The notes under the pieces: model-generated
Told to the model about the DNA's origin: nothing
Seen by the model: only the letters and a program-made list of their open reading frames with translations
Databases searched by the model: none
Position numbers and translations under genes: made by a program
In this document: positions 11,896 through 24,231 of the stretch, one piece after another
Numbering within the stretch: the stretch's first letter is position 1
Layout: every line of letters begins with the position of its first letter
NCBI RefSeq assembly: GCF_963921235.1
Contig: NC_086106.1
Location: 27,032,001 to 27,096,000, forward strand
Direction: 5' to 3'
DNA: 64,000 nt
Source: Mobula hypostoma
Lineage: Eukaryota

Positions 11896-13270
11896 GTAAG
11901 TATCCACAAACATCGACGATTCGTCAAATATCTCACCCATCTAAGTATCGCTTGATAGATGATCGATTGATTTAAAATCATTAAATGTTAAATGGGTTTG
12001 ATGTCAAATCTCCTTTCTGTAAAGCGTGTCAGGGGAGGACATAAGCACAGGGTGTCTTTTCTGGAAGAGCCGTTGTTGTAAAAATATTCAACACATCAGG
12101 ACGTCTCGCGTTCGTGCTGCTGGTGAACAATACATGTTGATACTGCCAATAACGCACCAAACAGCAAAAATGAATAAATACAGAATAGAAAATCAGGTGC
12201 ACCGTCCCGAAAGGAAGTAGACTGAGAGGAGGCAGGTTCACTCTCAGAATGTGAGGGATGCATTTATTTTCCACTGCAGTAGGTTTCAGAAAGATGTACC
12301 GATGCACAGCTCTTCACTGTTGAAAGAGAGTGACTGGATTTTATGGTTTGTCTTGTGTGGTTTGATTCTGTAGACTGAATCTACACTCACTGTATAGAAA
12401 GGCAATGTGGTAAACTGAATTAACAGAGTCAGTTGGAGAGGGAAATTTCTGCGATGGGCAAGGAGGAAATGCTGGTGTAATCTTCGCAGAAGGAATCCAT
12501 CAGACTGCTGTCAGACTGTGGGAAATATTGTTAGAACTTAAGGCATAAACCGCAGGCAGAATATATATTTATGAATGAGTCACAGAGATGCAAGAAATAA
12601 TCAAACTTGTTTTCTACAAATTATTCTCAAATAGTACCATGAATTGCATACCCCATTGATCAAAAATTAACAAAAGGGAAGGGATTAAAACATTTATATC
12701 AGCTGCTAGAATCCAGTCGAAAATAAACCTTCGCCTTCAGCAGCTTAGAAAATTATCTGACCAGTCTGTACCGTTCAGTCTCATTACTGTGATGAACATG
12801 TTACAATGCAAGAGTCTGTAACTTACGGGGGGAAATTTATATTAAAAAGATCTGGATGGAGCATCTATCAATTCGGGAAAGAAAAAAAAACCTCTCACCT
12901 ATTATTATTCCGAATTAAACTGACGTTTAAAATAAATACCACAGAACTGAGAAAAAGGAATTCGGCACATTATATGGTTGTAGGCTCTCTGCAGTTGTTC
13001 CAAGAAATTAATCTTCTTTCCACAAAGCTGTCCAAAATATGAAAGAAGATTTAAAAATCGCAAGATATCCGCAATTAACCATTGAGTCTCTGATTTTATT
13101 TCACTGCAGCAATTCCTTATAATAATTGTCAATGACAATAAATATTGTTTACTCTAATTTGAAATGAAATAAGTTTGAGTGCAAGAAAATTCTCCATTTC
13201 ATATTTGGGATGCTTCTTTTCCTGACAGTTTTCGGTAAATCAGCAGTAATATTCCTCTACATTCATACAG

Positions 13271-13564
13271 AATCCACTTTTCAGAGTCCTGAACTACAAA
13301 CTACACTTGCCGACTCCGTAATTTTAACCTGTGGGTATGACGCGTATTGTCGCAACACAATACACTGGTATCGCCAGCTTCCAGGGCAGGCACCCATATT
13401 CCTGCTCCAGGGTCAAACTTCCGGAGTACAAGATAAGACAAAAAATGCCGAGGAACGAATTACTGGTTTTGTCGATCCTGGTAAGAAAATCAGCCAACTG
13501 ACGATCTCCAAAGTGCAACTGGGTGACGCTGCTGTGTATTACTGTGCAATGAGTCGGTTTGCAG
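13271..13564 (+). CDS. TRDV: Cassette 1 leaderless supporting TCR-delta-type V segment
   Basis: CATACAG acceptor, phase 1, in frame with the J donor. ESTFQSPE...ILTCGYDAYCRNTIHWYRQLPGQAP...LGDAAVYYCAMSRFAA; canonical C-W-C plus an extra CDR1 Cys; no separate leader exon seen in the 1.37-kb intron. Confidence 0.88.
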
Positions 13565-13603
13565 CACTGTGATGCCGCGCATGGACAGCGCTGTTCAAGA
13601 ACT
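13565..13603 (+). other. Proximal 23-RSS of supporting V1: CACTGTG-23-TCAAGAACT
   Basis: Abuts the V coding end; identical in all three cassettes. Confidence 0.85.
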
Positions 13604-13625
13604 AGGGTGATTCTCGTTACAAGCA

Positions 13626-13664
13626 CACAGTGCTAGGAAGCAGCGAGAGAACAATACAAAAACT
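13626..13664 (+). other. Distal orphan 23-RSS: CACAGTG-23-ACAAAAACT
   Basis: Perfect heptamer, exact 23-nt spacer, 8/9 nonamer; 61 bp downstream of the proximal heptamer. Confidence 0.8.
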
Positions 13665-14048
13665 CATTTAGTTTTATCATATAAATACACCACTGCCAAG
13701 CACGGAGACAAACGACAAGAAACCGCAGTGTGGTGGGATTTTTAGGAGAATGATGATAGAGAAAATAAAAGCACATCAATCAACACCCAAAATATGCTGG
13801 GCGAAATCATTATGTCATGACGGAAATTTTTTGGTTCGAAACATCATTTCCATGGAGGCTGCCGGATCTACCGATTCCTCTCATTTCTACTGATAGAAGA
13901 CACGCAACTCTCAAAAATATATTCCAGGAGCAAAAAGCATTATTGCCTTCAGGGAATTTGCATTTTAGATCAGAAGTGCATAAGACATGGCAACAGAATT
14001 GGGTCAGTCAGCCTATCGAGGATGCCCCGCCATTCCATTATTATTATT

Positions 14049-17000
14049 GTGGAAAGCGGCCAGTGCGTGAGTAGGCCAGTGAAGGAGCGGAGTTTTGAGG
14101 CTTTGCCTCAAGAGTCTTCGACGAGAAGAGGCGGAGGACAAGCTTGCTCGCAGTTAGTCTTTACAATGCCTCCTGAGACCGTGATGTGCCTCTCGTGTGA
14201 GATGTGGCAGTCTTGGGGGAACGCCCCTCACCCGCAGAGTCAAATCTGCCAGAAGTGCATACGGCTGGGCGATCTGGAAGACCATGTAAGGAATCTGGAG
14301 GAGCAGCTGGATGACCTTCGACTCATCAGGGAGAATGAGGCAGTCATACATGAGAGCTACAGGGAGGTAGTCACATCGAGATTGTCGGAAGCAGGTCCTT
14401 GGGTGATGGTCAGAGGGAGGGAAAGCGAAGGTGAGCAGACAGATAGTGCAGAGAACCCCTGTAGCCATTCTCCTGAATAATAAGTTTAGCATCCTGGATA
14501 CTGTTGGAGGGGACGATCAACCAGGTTTTAGCCACGGTGGCAGGGCCTCTGGCATTCAGTCTGACCTGGTGGTGCAGAAGGTTGGGGCGGAGAAGAGAAG
14601 ATCTGTCATCATTGGAGACTCTAGTCAGGGGAGCAGAAAGGAGATTTTGTGGACGTGAGAAGGACACCAGCGTGGTTTGTTGCCTTCCGGGCGCCAGGGT
14701 CCAGTATGTCTCTGACCGGGTGCCCGACATCCTGGTACGAGAGGGAAAGCAGCCAGAAGTCGTCATACATGTTCGTACCACCGACATAGGCAGGAAGAGG
14801 GATGAGGTCCTGAAGTGTGAGTTTCAGGATCTAGGCAGAAGGCTGAGGAACAGGACCTCAAGGGTGGCGTTCTCAGGATTGCTGTCAGTGCTATGTGACA
14901 GTGATGGTAAGAATTGGAGGAGATGGCAGTTGAATGCGTGGCTGAGGAGTTGGTGCAGGGAGCAGGGTTTTAGATTTTTGGATCATTGGGATCTCTTCTG
15001 GGGAAGGTGGGACCTGTACAGATTGGATGGGTTGCACCTGAACTCGAGGGGGAGCAATATCCTTGCAGGTAGGTTTGCTTGCATGGTTCGGGAGGGTTTA
15101 AACTAATTTGCAAGGGGGTTGGGATCCGGAGCGATAGAGCAGTGAAAGAAGTGCATGGAGCGGCCTCAATAACTACAGACCGGTGGCATTGACCTCCCAC
15201 ATCATGAAGACCCTGGAGAAACTTGTTCTGGAACTGTTCCGGCATATGGTCAGGCCACACTTAGATCCCCTCCAGTTCGTATACCAGCCCCGACTAGGAG
15301 TTGAGGATGCCATCGTCTAATTGCTGAACCGTGCCTATGCCCACCTGGACAAGACAGCGAGCACTGTGAGGGTCATGTTTTTTGACTTCTCCAGTGCGTT
15401 CATCACCATCAGCCCTGCTCTGCTGGGGGAGAAGCTGACAGCGATGCAGGTGAATGCTCCCCTGGTGTCATGGATTCTTGATTACCTGACTGGCAGCCCG
15501 CAACACGTGTGCTTGCAACCCTGTGTGTCCGCCAGAGTGATCAGCAGCACTGGGGCTCCACAGGGGACTGTCTTGTCTCCCTTTCTCTTCACCAATTACA
15601 CCTCGGACATCAACTACTGCACAGAGTCTTGTCATCTTCAGAAGTTTTCTGATGACTCTGCCATAGTTGGATGAATCAGAAAGGGAGATGAGGCTGAGAA
15701 CAGGGCTATGGTGGGAAACTTTGTCACATGGTGTGAGCAGAATTATCTGCAGCTTAATGTGAAAAAGACTAAGGAGCTGGTGGTAGACCTGAGGAGAGCT
15801 AAGGTACCAGTGACCCCTGTTTCCATCCAGGGCGTCAGTGTGGACATGGTGGAGGATTACAAATACCTGGGGATACGAATTGACAATAAACTGGACTGGT
15901 CAAAGAACACAGGCTGTCCGCAAGAAAGGTCAAAGCTGTCTCTATTTCCTGAGGAGACTCAGGTCCTTTAACGTCTGCCGGACAATGCTGAGAATATTCT
16001 ACGAGTGGGCAGTGCGATCATGTTTGCTGCTTTGTGCTGGGGCAGCAGGCTGAGGGTAGCAGACACCAACAGACAGAACAAGCTCATTCATAAGGCCAGT
16101 GATGTTGTGGGGATGGAACTGGACTCTCTCACGGTGGTGTCTGAAAAGAGGATACTGTCCAAGTTGCATGCCATCTTGGACAATGTCTCCCATCTACTAC
16201 ATAATGTATTGGTTGGGCACAGGAGTACAGTCAGCCAGAGACTCCTTCCACCGAGATGAAACACAGAGCGTCATAAGAAGTCATTCCTGCCTGTGACCAT
16301 CAAACTTTAGAACTCCTCCCTTGGAGCGTCAGACACCCTGAGCCTGGACTTATTTCCTGGCATAATTTACCTATTACCATTTAACTATTATGGTTTTGTT
16401 ACTATTTAATTATTTATGGTGCAACCGTAACGAAAACCAATTTCCCCCGGGATCAATAAAGAATGACTATGACTATGACTATGAGGAAAGCCAGATTTAA
16501 CATATCGAGAGGCATTGAGGAAAGAGAAGCAGAATAAAAGGTGTAAAGGTAGTAAGGCCGAAGGGCTGAAGTGTGTGTACCTCAATGCAAGAAGCATCAG
16601 GAACAAAGGTGATGAACTGCGAGCGTGGATACACAGATCGAATTACGAAGTATTGGCCATTACAGAGATATGGCTGGCAGCAGGACAGGAATGGGTTCTC
16701 AATATTCCCGGATTTCAGTGCTTTAACAGGGATAGAGAGGTGGGGAAAAGGGAGGAGGGGTGACATTACTGGCGAGGGATACTATTACAGCTAAAGAAAG
16801 AGTGGGTAATGCAGCAGAATTCTCTTTTGAGTCAGTACGGGTGGAAGTCAGGAACAGGAAGAGAGCCGTTATTCTATTGGGGGTATTCTATCGCCCTGGT
16901 AGCAGCAGAGATACATACGAGCCGATTGGGAGGCAGATTTTGGAAAGGTGCTAATATAACATAGTTGTTATCATGGGTGACTTGAACTTCCCTAATATTG

Positions 17001-19430
17001 ATTGGTACCTGATTATTTCCAAGTGTTTAGATGGGGCAGAGTTTGTTAAGTGTGTCCAAGACGGATTCCTGTCAAGTATGTGGACAGGCCGACTTGGGGG
17101 AATGCCATACTAGATCTAGTACTAGGTAATGAACCGGGTCAGATCACAGATCTCTCAGTGGGTGAGAATCTGGGGGACAGTGAACACCGCTCCCTGGCCT
17201 TTAGCATTATCATGGAAAAGGATAGAATCAGAGAGGACAGGAAACTCTTGAATTGGGGAAGGGCAAATTATGAGGCTATAAGGCTAGAACTTGAGGGTGT
17301 GAATTGGAATGGGATGATGTTTTTGCAGGGAAATGTACTATGGACATGTGGTCGATGGTTAGAGATCTCTTGCAGAATGTTAGGGATAAATTTGTCCCGT
17401 CGAGAAAGATAAGGAATGGTAGGGTGAAGGAACCATGGGTGACAGGTGAGGTGGAAAATCTAGTCAGGTGGAAGAAAGCAGCAAACATGAGGTTTAGGAA
17501 GCAAGGATCAGATGGGTCTAATAAGGAATATAGGGAAGCAAGAAAGGAGCTTCAGATGGGGCTGAGAAGAGCATAAAGGAGGCATGAGAAGGCCTTGGCG
17601 AGAAGGGTAAAGGAAAACCCCAAGGCATTCTTCAATTATGTGATGAACAAAAGGATGACAGGAGTGAAGGTTGGACCGATTAGAGAAAACGGTGGAAAGA
17701 TGTGACTGGAGGCTGTGGAGGTGAGCGATGTCCTCAACGAATATTTCTCTTCGGTATTCACCAATGAGAGGGAACTTGATGATTGTGAGGACAATATGAG
17801 TGAAGTTGATGTTCTGGAGCATGTAGATATTAAGGGAGAGGAGGTGTTGGAGTTGTTAAAATACATTAGGACGGATAAGTCCCCGGGGCCTGACGGAATA
17901 TTCCCCAGGCTGCTCCACGAGGCGAGGGAAGACGTTGCTGAGTCTCTGGCTAGGATCGTTATGTCCTCGTTGTCCACGGGAATCGTACCAGAGGATTGGA
18001 GGGAGACGAATGCTGTCCCCTTGTTCAGAAAAGATAGTAGGGATAGTCCGGGTAATTACAGACCAGCGAGCCTTCCGTCTGTGGTGGGAATGCTGTTGGA
18101 AAAGATGCTTAGAGACAGGATCTCTGGCATTTAGATAATCATGGTCTGATCAGGGACAGTCAGCTTGGCTTTGTGAAGAGCAGATCGTGTCTTACAAGCC
18201 TGATACAGTTCGATGAGGAGGTGACCAGGCATATAGATGAGGATAGTGCAGTGAATGTGCTCTATATGGATTTTAGTAAGGCATTTGGCCAGGTTCCACT
18301 CGGCAGGCCTATTCAGAAAGTCAGAAGGCATGGGATCTAGGGAGGTTTGGCCAGGTGGATTCAGAATTGGCTTGCCTTCAGAAGGCAGAGGGTCATGGTG
18401 GAGGGAGTACATTCAGATTGGAGGATTCTGACTAATGGTGTCCCACAAGGATCTGTTCTGGGACCTCTACTTTTCGTGATTTTTATTAACGACCAGGATA
18501 TGGGGGTAGAGGGGTGGGTTGGTAAGTTTGGAGACAACACAAAGGTTGGTGGTGTTGTAGATAGTGTAGAGGATTGTCGGAGAGAGCAGAGAGACATCGA
18601 TAGGATGCAGAAGTGGGCTGGGAAGTGGCAGATGGAGTTCAACCCGGAGAAGTGTGAAGTGGTACATTTTGGAAGGACAAACTCCAAGGCAGATTAGAAA
18701 GTAAATGGCAAGATACTTGGTAGTGTGGAGGAGCAGAGGGATCTGGGGGTACATGTCCACAGATCCCTGAAAGTTGCCTCACAAGTAGATAGGGTAGTTA
18801 AGAAAGCTTATGGGATTTTAGCTTTCATAAGTCGAGGGATAGAGTTTAAGAGTTGCGATGGAATGATGCAGCTCTTTAAAACTCTGTTTAGACCACAATT
18901 AGAGTATTGTGTCCAGTTCTAGTCGCCTCACTATAGGAAGGATGTGGAAGCATTGGAAAGGGTACAGAGGAGATTTACCAGGATACTGCCTGGTTTAGAG
19001 AGTATGCATTACGAACAGAGATTAAGGGAGCTCGGGCTTTACTCTTTGGAGAGAAGGAGGATGAGAGGAGACATGATCGAGATGTACAAGATAATAAAAG
19101 GAATAGATAGAGTGGATAGCCAGCGCCTCTTCCTCATGGCGCTACTGCTCAATACAAGAGGACATGGATTTAACGTAAGGGGTGGGATGTTCAAGGGGGA
19201 TATTAGAGGGAGGTTTTTTACTCAGCGAGTGGTTGACGCGTGGAATGCACTGCCTGAGTCAGTGGTGGAGGCAGAAACAGTCGTGAAGTTTAAGAGACTA
19301 CTAGACAACTATATGGAGGAATATAATGTGGGGGGTTATATGACAGGCAGCTTTTGAGGGTCGGCAAAACATTGTGAGCCGAAGGGCCTGTAATGTGCTG
19401 TACTATTATATGTTCTATGTTCCATGTTCT
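14049..19430 (+). mobile_element. Near full-length decayed CR1 LINE (ORF1 zinc finger/coiled coil/SGNH esterase; ORF2 APE endonuclease-RT)
   Basis: CxxC..CxxC and 'DGLHLN' esterase motifs at 14170-15106; endonuclease and RT fragments ([25 protein letters not shown]) at 16560-19357; (CTATGTT)n-type tail. Confidence 0.9.
15161..16484 (+). mobile_element. 5'-truncated Rex-Babar-like LINE nested in the CR1
   Basis: FFDFSSAF, GAPQGTVLSPFLF, KFSDD motifs; AATAAA(GACTAT)n tail; absent from the paralogous CR1 at ~28270. Confidence 0.85.
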
Positions 19431-19639
19431 ATCCCAATACATTCTCCAGTATATCCATGTGGTACATGCCAATCTACCAGCCACTTTGAATGAAGGAACT
19501 TCGCAAATCCGTTTGCGCCGTGTGAACGGCGGCAGAAGAGTAACGGACATTGAAATGTTACAAATACCAAACAATAAATGCATAATCTATTGTTTTGGAG
19601 GTATACGGCATCACGAACTGCAGGTGTCATTACGATTCT

Positions 19640-20062
19640 AGAAACATAGGAACACAGAAAACGCACAGCACAATACAGGCCCTTCGGCCCCCGTTGTTGT
19701 GCCGAACATGTCACTACCTTAAAAATTACAAGGGATACCCATAGCCTCTATTTTTCTGAGCTCCATATACCTATCCAAAATTCTCTTAAAAGATCCTATC
19801 GTAACCGCCTCCACCAGCGTTGCTGGCAGCCCATTCCACGCACTCACCACTCTCTGCGTAAAAAACTTACCCCTGACATCTCCGATGTGCCTACTCCCAA
19901 GCACCCTAAACCTGTGCCCTCTTGTGGCAGCCATTTGAGACCTGGGAAAATTCCTCTGACTATCCACACGATCAATGCCTCCGATCATCTTATTTTCCTC
20001 TATCAGGTCACCTCTCATCCTCCGTCGCCCCAAGGAGAAAACGCCGAGTTCACTGAACCTGC
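19640..20062 (-). mobile_element. Inverted CR1 3' fragment; paralogs at 31422-31852 and 57467-57895
   Basis: Minus-strand ORF RRMRGDLIE...RGHRF.VLG...GKFFTQRVV; present at the same position in all three duplication units. Confidence 0.85.
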
Positions 20063-20074
20063 ATTCATAAGCGG

Positions 20075-20272
20075 CTCAGGGTGTCTGACCCTCCAAGGGA
20101 GGAGTTGTAAAGTTTGATGGCCACAGGCAGGAATGACTTCTTATGACGCTCTGTGCTGCATCTCGGAGGAATGAGCCTCTGGATGAATGTACACCTCTGC
20201 ACTCCCTGTACATTATGTAGTGGATGGGAAACATTGACCAAGATGGCATGCAACTTAGACAGCATCCTAGAC
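20075..20272 (-). mobile_element. Inverted Rex-Babar-like 3' fragment
   Basis: Reverse complement of ~16145-16345 (LIPPRCSTERHKKSFLPVAIKLYNSS). Confidence 0.8.
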
Positions 20273-23200
20273 AACTTCCCTCAATCGCTGAACTCTGCAG
20301 CGAGTGGAACGGACAACGCATCTGCAGATGCGACCTGCCCACTATTCAGGACATATACAAAGAGAGGTGTGTAAAAAGGGCCCGAAGGATCATTAAAGAC
20401 CCGGACACCCCAGGCACAAAATTTTCCAGCTGCTATCATCCGGGATACGGGACTGCAGCATGAAATCCAGGACCAACAGGCTCCGGAACATCTTCCTCTG
20501 CCAAACCATCAGACGGATTAAATCATACCGATACAACTGTATTTCTACGTTATTTTGACTGTCCTTTTGTACATCGTATTTATTATAAATTATTATAAAT
20601 TGCACATTGCATATTTAAACGGAAATGTAACGTGAAGATATGTACTCTTCATATAAATAAAAGGTGCAGGTATCAAAATCAATTCTATTCGATTCAATTC
20701 ATATTGCTTCTCCCTCACAGAAACAAGCTCGATGCCGGAGAGTACACCGCTGTGATGTTTCTCTGTTACATCATGCCCACAGCATTATCCAAAGTATCAT
20801 ATCTGTTGTTGAGGGAGATTTCCACAGGGCACTCTGCACTGGCTGTTTAAGTCCTTTGTCTTTCTTGTCACTCACTTTCCTGCCTCCTGTAACTCTGGTG
20901 CACCCACCATCTCTATGCCCAATCTATCACGCACTCAGCCTTTCGAAACCTCCAGCGTTCATCCAGTTCCAGCTTCCGCTCCATAAAACGGTGTGTAAGA
21001 ATCTGAAATTGCATGAATTTCATCCATGAGTAGTCGTCAGTGATACTGGGAAACTCCGAGTCTTTCAATATCCAGCAAGGAGTACATGCGATATTAAGGT
21101 CCCGATCATGATTCCGGCCAGACACGCCGAATGCTTACTCTTTCCCAACATGCTGCGTGGCCTGCTGAGTTAGTACTCCATTTTTTGTGCATTGCGTTCA
21201 AGTATTCTGCCTGGCATACTTACTGTTCATGCTGAGAAAATGTAAAGAATGAAAAAAAGAACAATAAATAAAGTATGGGAAAATAAATTTGTCTGTTACA
21301 TTTCTTACTCACGCCTACTCTCGCTGAAACATCGAAGCAATTCCTCAAGTTCACTTTGTAACACTGCCGACTCCACGGACGGCCCTCCGCTTTCCCCTAA
21401 CTTTTTCGAATTTGTTCTTGTCAAGCAATCCATATTACTTTTCAAAACACGAAAATACCGTGAATTGGTGGGTTATGCATTCGAATTGGCGAACGTGAGA
21501 GAGCTCCGTGTTATCATCTTTGAGATCTCCGATTGGCAGCAGTTTGAAACACCAAACCGCCGCGAGTATATGCCTCATTTTCTCAATCGGCGAACCTGTC
21601 AGAGTTATGACTTCTGACGCTTTGCATCTCCGATAAGCTCTGGTTAAAAGATCAAACAGCTGCCAGTTGATGCCGTGTGTACTCAATAGGCAAACATGTG
21701 TGATCTATGTCCCAACACGCTTCGGATCTCCAACTGACCGCAACTGAAATACATATTTCATGAATTTCCTTTTCCAACAGTTCGCATATGCGATTATTCA
21801 TTGCATTGCGTAGCCCAGATTTCACTTACATCATTTTCAATTTATGTATTTATGTGTGTATGTGTGTATGTATGTATTTATTTATTTATTTATTTATTCA
21901 TTCATTCACTCATTCATCCCTTGATTAAGTAACTACATAACTAAATTATTTATTGTTAGTTTATTTATTTGCTAAGATTTCAGTACAGTTGGTCGCGTAA
22001 TACTCGAGATTATTAAAGACAAATTGGTAACTGCGGAGGTATAAGGAAATTAAAGCTCTGCAGACTATTTTCCGTGAGATCACCGAACCCCAATCTAATC
22101 ACAAAATCCTAGACATATCCAGGTTCAATACTAATTTAGAAGAAAACAGACCGGAGTTTTAGTCTTCCTATTCGACTGTGGCACTTTGCATTTCCACTTT
22201 TCTCTTAACCGTGAGCTTTTCCCCGCCTCACCAGTGTTAAATAAATATTTTGGTTTGTTATTGTACCTCTGCAAAATAGTACCTCACATTCGATGTAATT
22301 TGTTGCATTTACCTTGCGGATGCGTTGAGGTTCTCTTTGTTTCCTTCTGGCATCTTTAACCCCAGGTTCCTTCAGGTAGAACAGAGAAAATAGTACAGTG
22401 CGGCATAGCATTGAGCCTCCGGAGTAAGGTGCGGTGCAGAGCGATGTAAATCACTTCATGATCCTTCTAGCGTTTCGCCACACCCTGCACTTACCTTTGT
22501 CCACCATTTGTCCTATATCGATATGGCAGCAATTCTCTCTAATATCAGTTTATCAGCCTCTACCGGCCGCAGTTGCTGCAGAGCCTAGAATTTTACAGGA
22601 GGTTTGCATTGGAATTCCCCAGTAATAATAATAATAACAACAACAACAATAACAATACCAATAATAATAATACGGTATAACCACTGACATCTCATTAAAA
22701 CTGTCTTCCACTCAACTTACTGCAAAGCGGCGGTCTCTTGCGCTGTCTTTTGCCGTAGTGGATATCAACTTCATTTTATCTAAAACAGAAAATCTTCCAG
22801 ATTTTACAAACTCTGGAAGTAGGGTTGCCTGTTTTACGCCTTTATCAAGCGCATACAAATTGAAACAGTTTGGCGGCAGATTTCCTCTCATCCATACTCT
22901 CTGTTGAAGAAAAGCAGCCATGAGGGATTGGTGCATCGAAAGTCTGAATGTGCCATCACACTCTTCCAAGGCAGAGGGAGAGTTTGTCAGCTCGTCCTGC
23001 GTACCTGTCGTCAAGATCAGAGCACAGACTGATTTCCGTCACAAAATATAAGAACTGAAGCATACATGAAAACTCGGGGCACACGCCACAACATCAATAA
23101 AGAACAAACAACCATATATTTTTTGGAAAAGAAAAAGTTTCCGGTTCAAGGTGAATGAGTCAGACTCATCCATTGATAGGCCATCTCCGTCACGCATGTT

Positions 23201-23391
23201 GAAAGATAGGAAGTCATGGGTGGGGCTTCCTCACTCGGTTCAAAGACACGACACAGAATCAAAACCAACAATTGTCACTCAGCAAACCTGTTCATAAAAG
23301 TTCACTGCCCAACTCTGAAGTACATTCCACCATAACTCTGCAGACCGTGAGCTCCATCTCCTCGTCACTTCAGCAATATTCCTTGTTGACG

Positions 23392-23434
23392 ATGGCAATC
23401 TTATTTGTTTTCACACTCTGGCTCTGCTTACGGC
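23392..23434 (+). CDS. Cassette 2 leader exon (MAILFVFTLWLCLR)
   Basis: 43 nt then GTGAGT donor. Confidence 0.9.
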
Positions 23435-23574
23435 GTGAGTACCTTTCACACATCCACATTACATTTACTTTAAATCTGTTTGAGCCCTCTGAGATACGAC
23501 CGGCTGAGATTATTCATGTGATTCGTCCATGACTACAACTTAATTTTTTTCCGTGTTTTTTTTTTCATTCCTAG

Positions 23575-23868
23575 GTTCATTGAGTCAGTCGGTGACTCAG
23601 AGCCCGTCCATTGTAAACTTGAATGAGTGTCAGACTGCCACTATCACCTGCAGTTTCCAGCCTGGTTCGACGGGTGCATATCGCTTTCAGACTGGAAAAT
23701 TCTTCAGGCAGACCAATTCAGCGGCCGAACGGAAAGAGGTCACCCGCGGGGGGAGATTTGTTACTTGGGTTAAGAAAACTGATATGCAGTTTTCGTTGGA
23801 AATTCGGGACCTGCGAGTGGAAGACAGCGGCACCTATTACTGTCAAGCTGTGTACAGATGGAATGCAG
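23575..23868 (+). CDS. Cassette 2 IgNAR-like V segment (NAR-TCR V)
   Basis: 294-nt open exon; CDR1 FQPGSTGAYRF; ends YYCQAVYRWNAA. Confidence 0.9.
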
Positions 23869-23906
23869 CACAATGATGGGATTCGGCTTCGCGCTGTACA
23901 AAAACT
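23869..23906 (+). other. RSS of V2: CACAATG-22-ACAAAAACT
   Basis: Read directly from the sequence. Confidence 0.92.
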
Positions 23907-24231
23907 TCCGCTGTAGCTTATTCCTGATTTAGACGGAGCAGAATGGATCTGCGGGTTTAGTTCATATTCCTGTCTCACTGTGGATCCATCCGGCAGTCCG
24001 GCTAACAGTCATTATTGTTTCGATTCATGTATAGTCGTTATGTTCCCACCTCGCGTGTGCGCAGATGTTGTTGCCGGCCCTGAGGTATGTGTCAATAAAT
24101 GCCGACAAAGAATTAAGAAATACACATTCCTGTCGCCAACTACAGACGGAATTGTTCCTGAACACTTGGAAACGGAAAACGCAAGCGCTGCGAATCTAAT
24201 TCCTGCTCGACTCTTTCATCGATTCGCCAGA

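Larger units (their letters stand above)
5860..20062 (+). repeat. Segmental duplication unit 1 (contains cassette 1)
   Basis: 5860-14050 is co-linear with 49290-57250; ~7670-20060 is co-linear with ~20275-31850. Boundaries approximate. Confidence 0.8.

Noticed and set aside
12026-13138. ORFs recurring in the J-to-V intron of cassettes 1 and 3
   Set aside because: They recur only because of near-identical duplication; frames are broken in cassette 2 and there are no protein motifs.
13210-13572. 120-aa ORF treated as a standalone single-exon gene
   Set aside because: It is a V exon read through its acceptor and into the RSS heptamer (the stop lies in CACTGTGA). The cryptic-leader possibility is kept only as a low-ranked finding.
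13565-13632. CACTGTG...CACAGTG read as a germline signal joint, or as a 12/23 D segment
   Set aside because: The heptamers are 54 nt apart rather than fused, and no GGTTTTTGT-like nonamer lies 12 or 23 bp upstream of the first.
10542-13664. Interpretation as an IgNAR or IgH cluster
   Set aside because: No constant exons follow J. Instead the J donor is in phase with a leaderless TCR-type V that has its own RSS.
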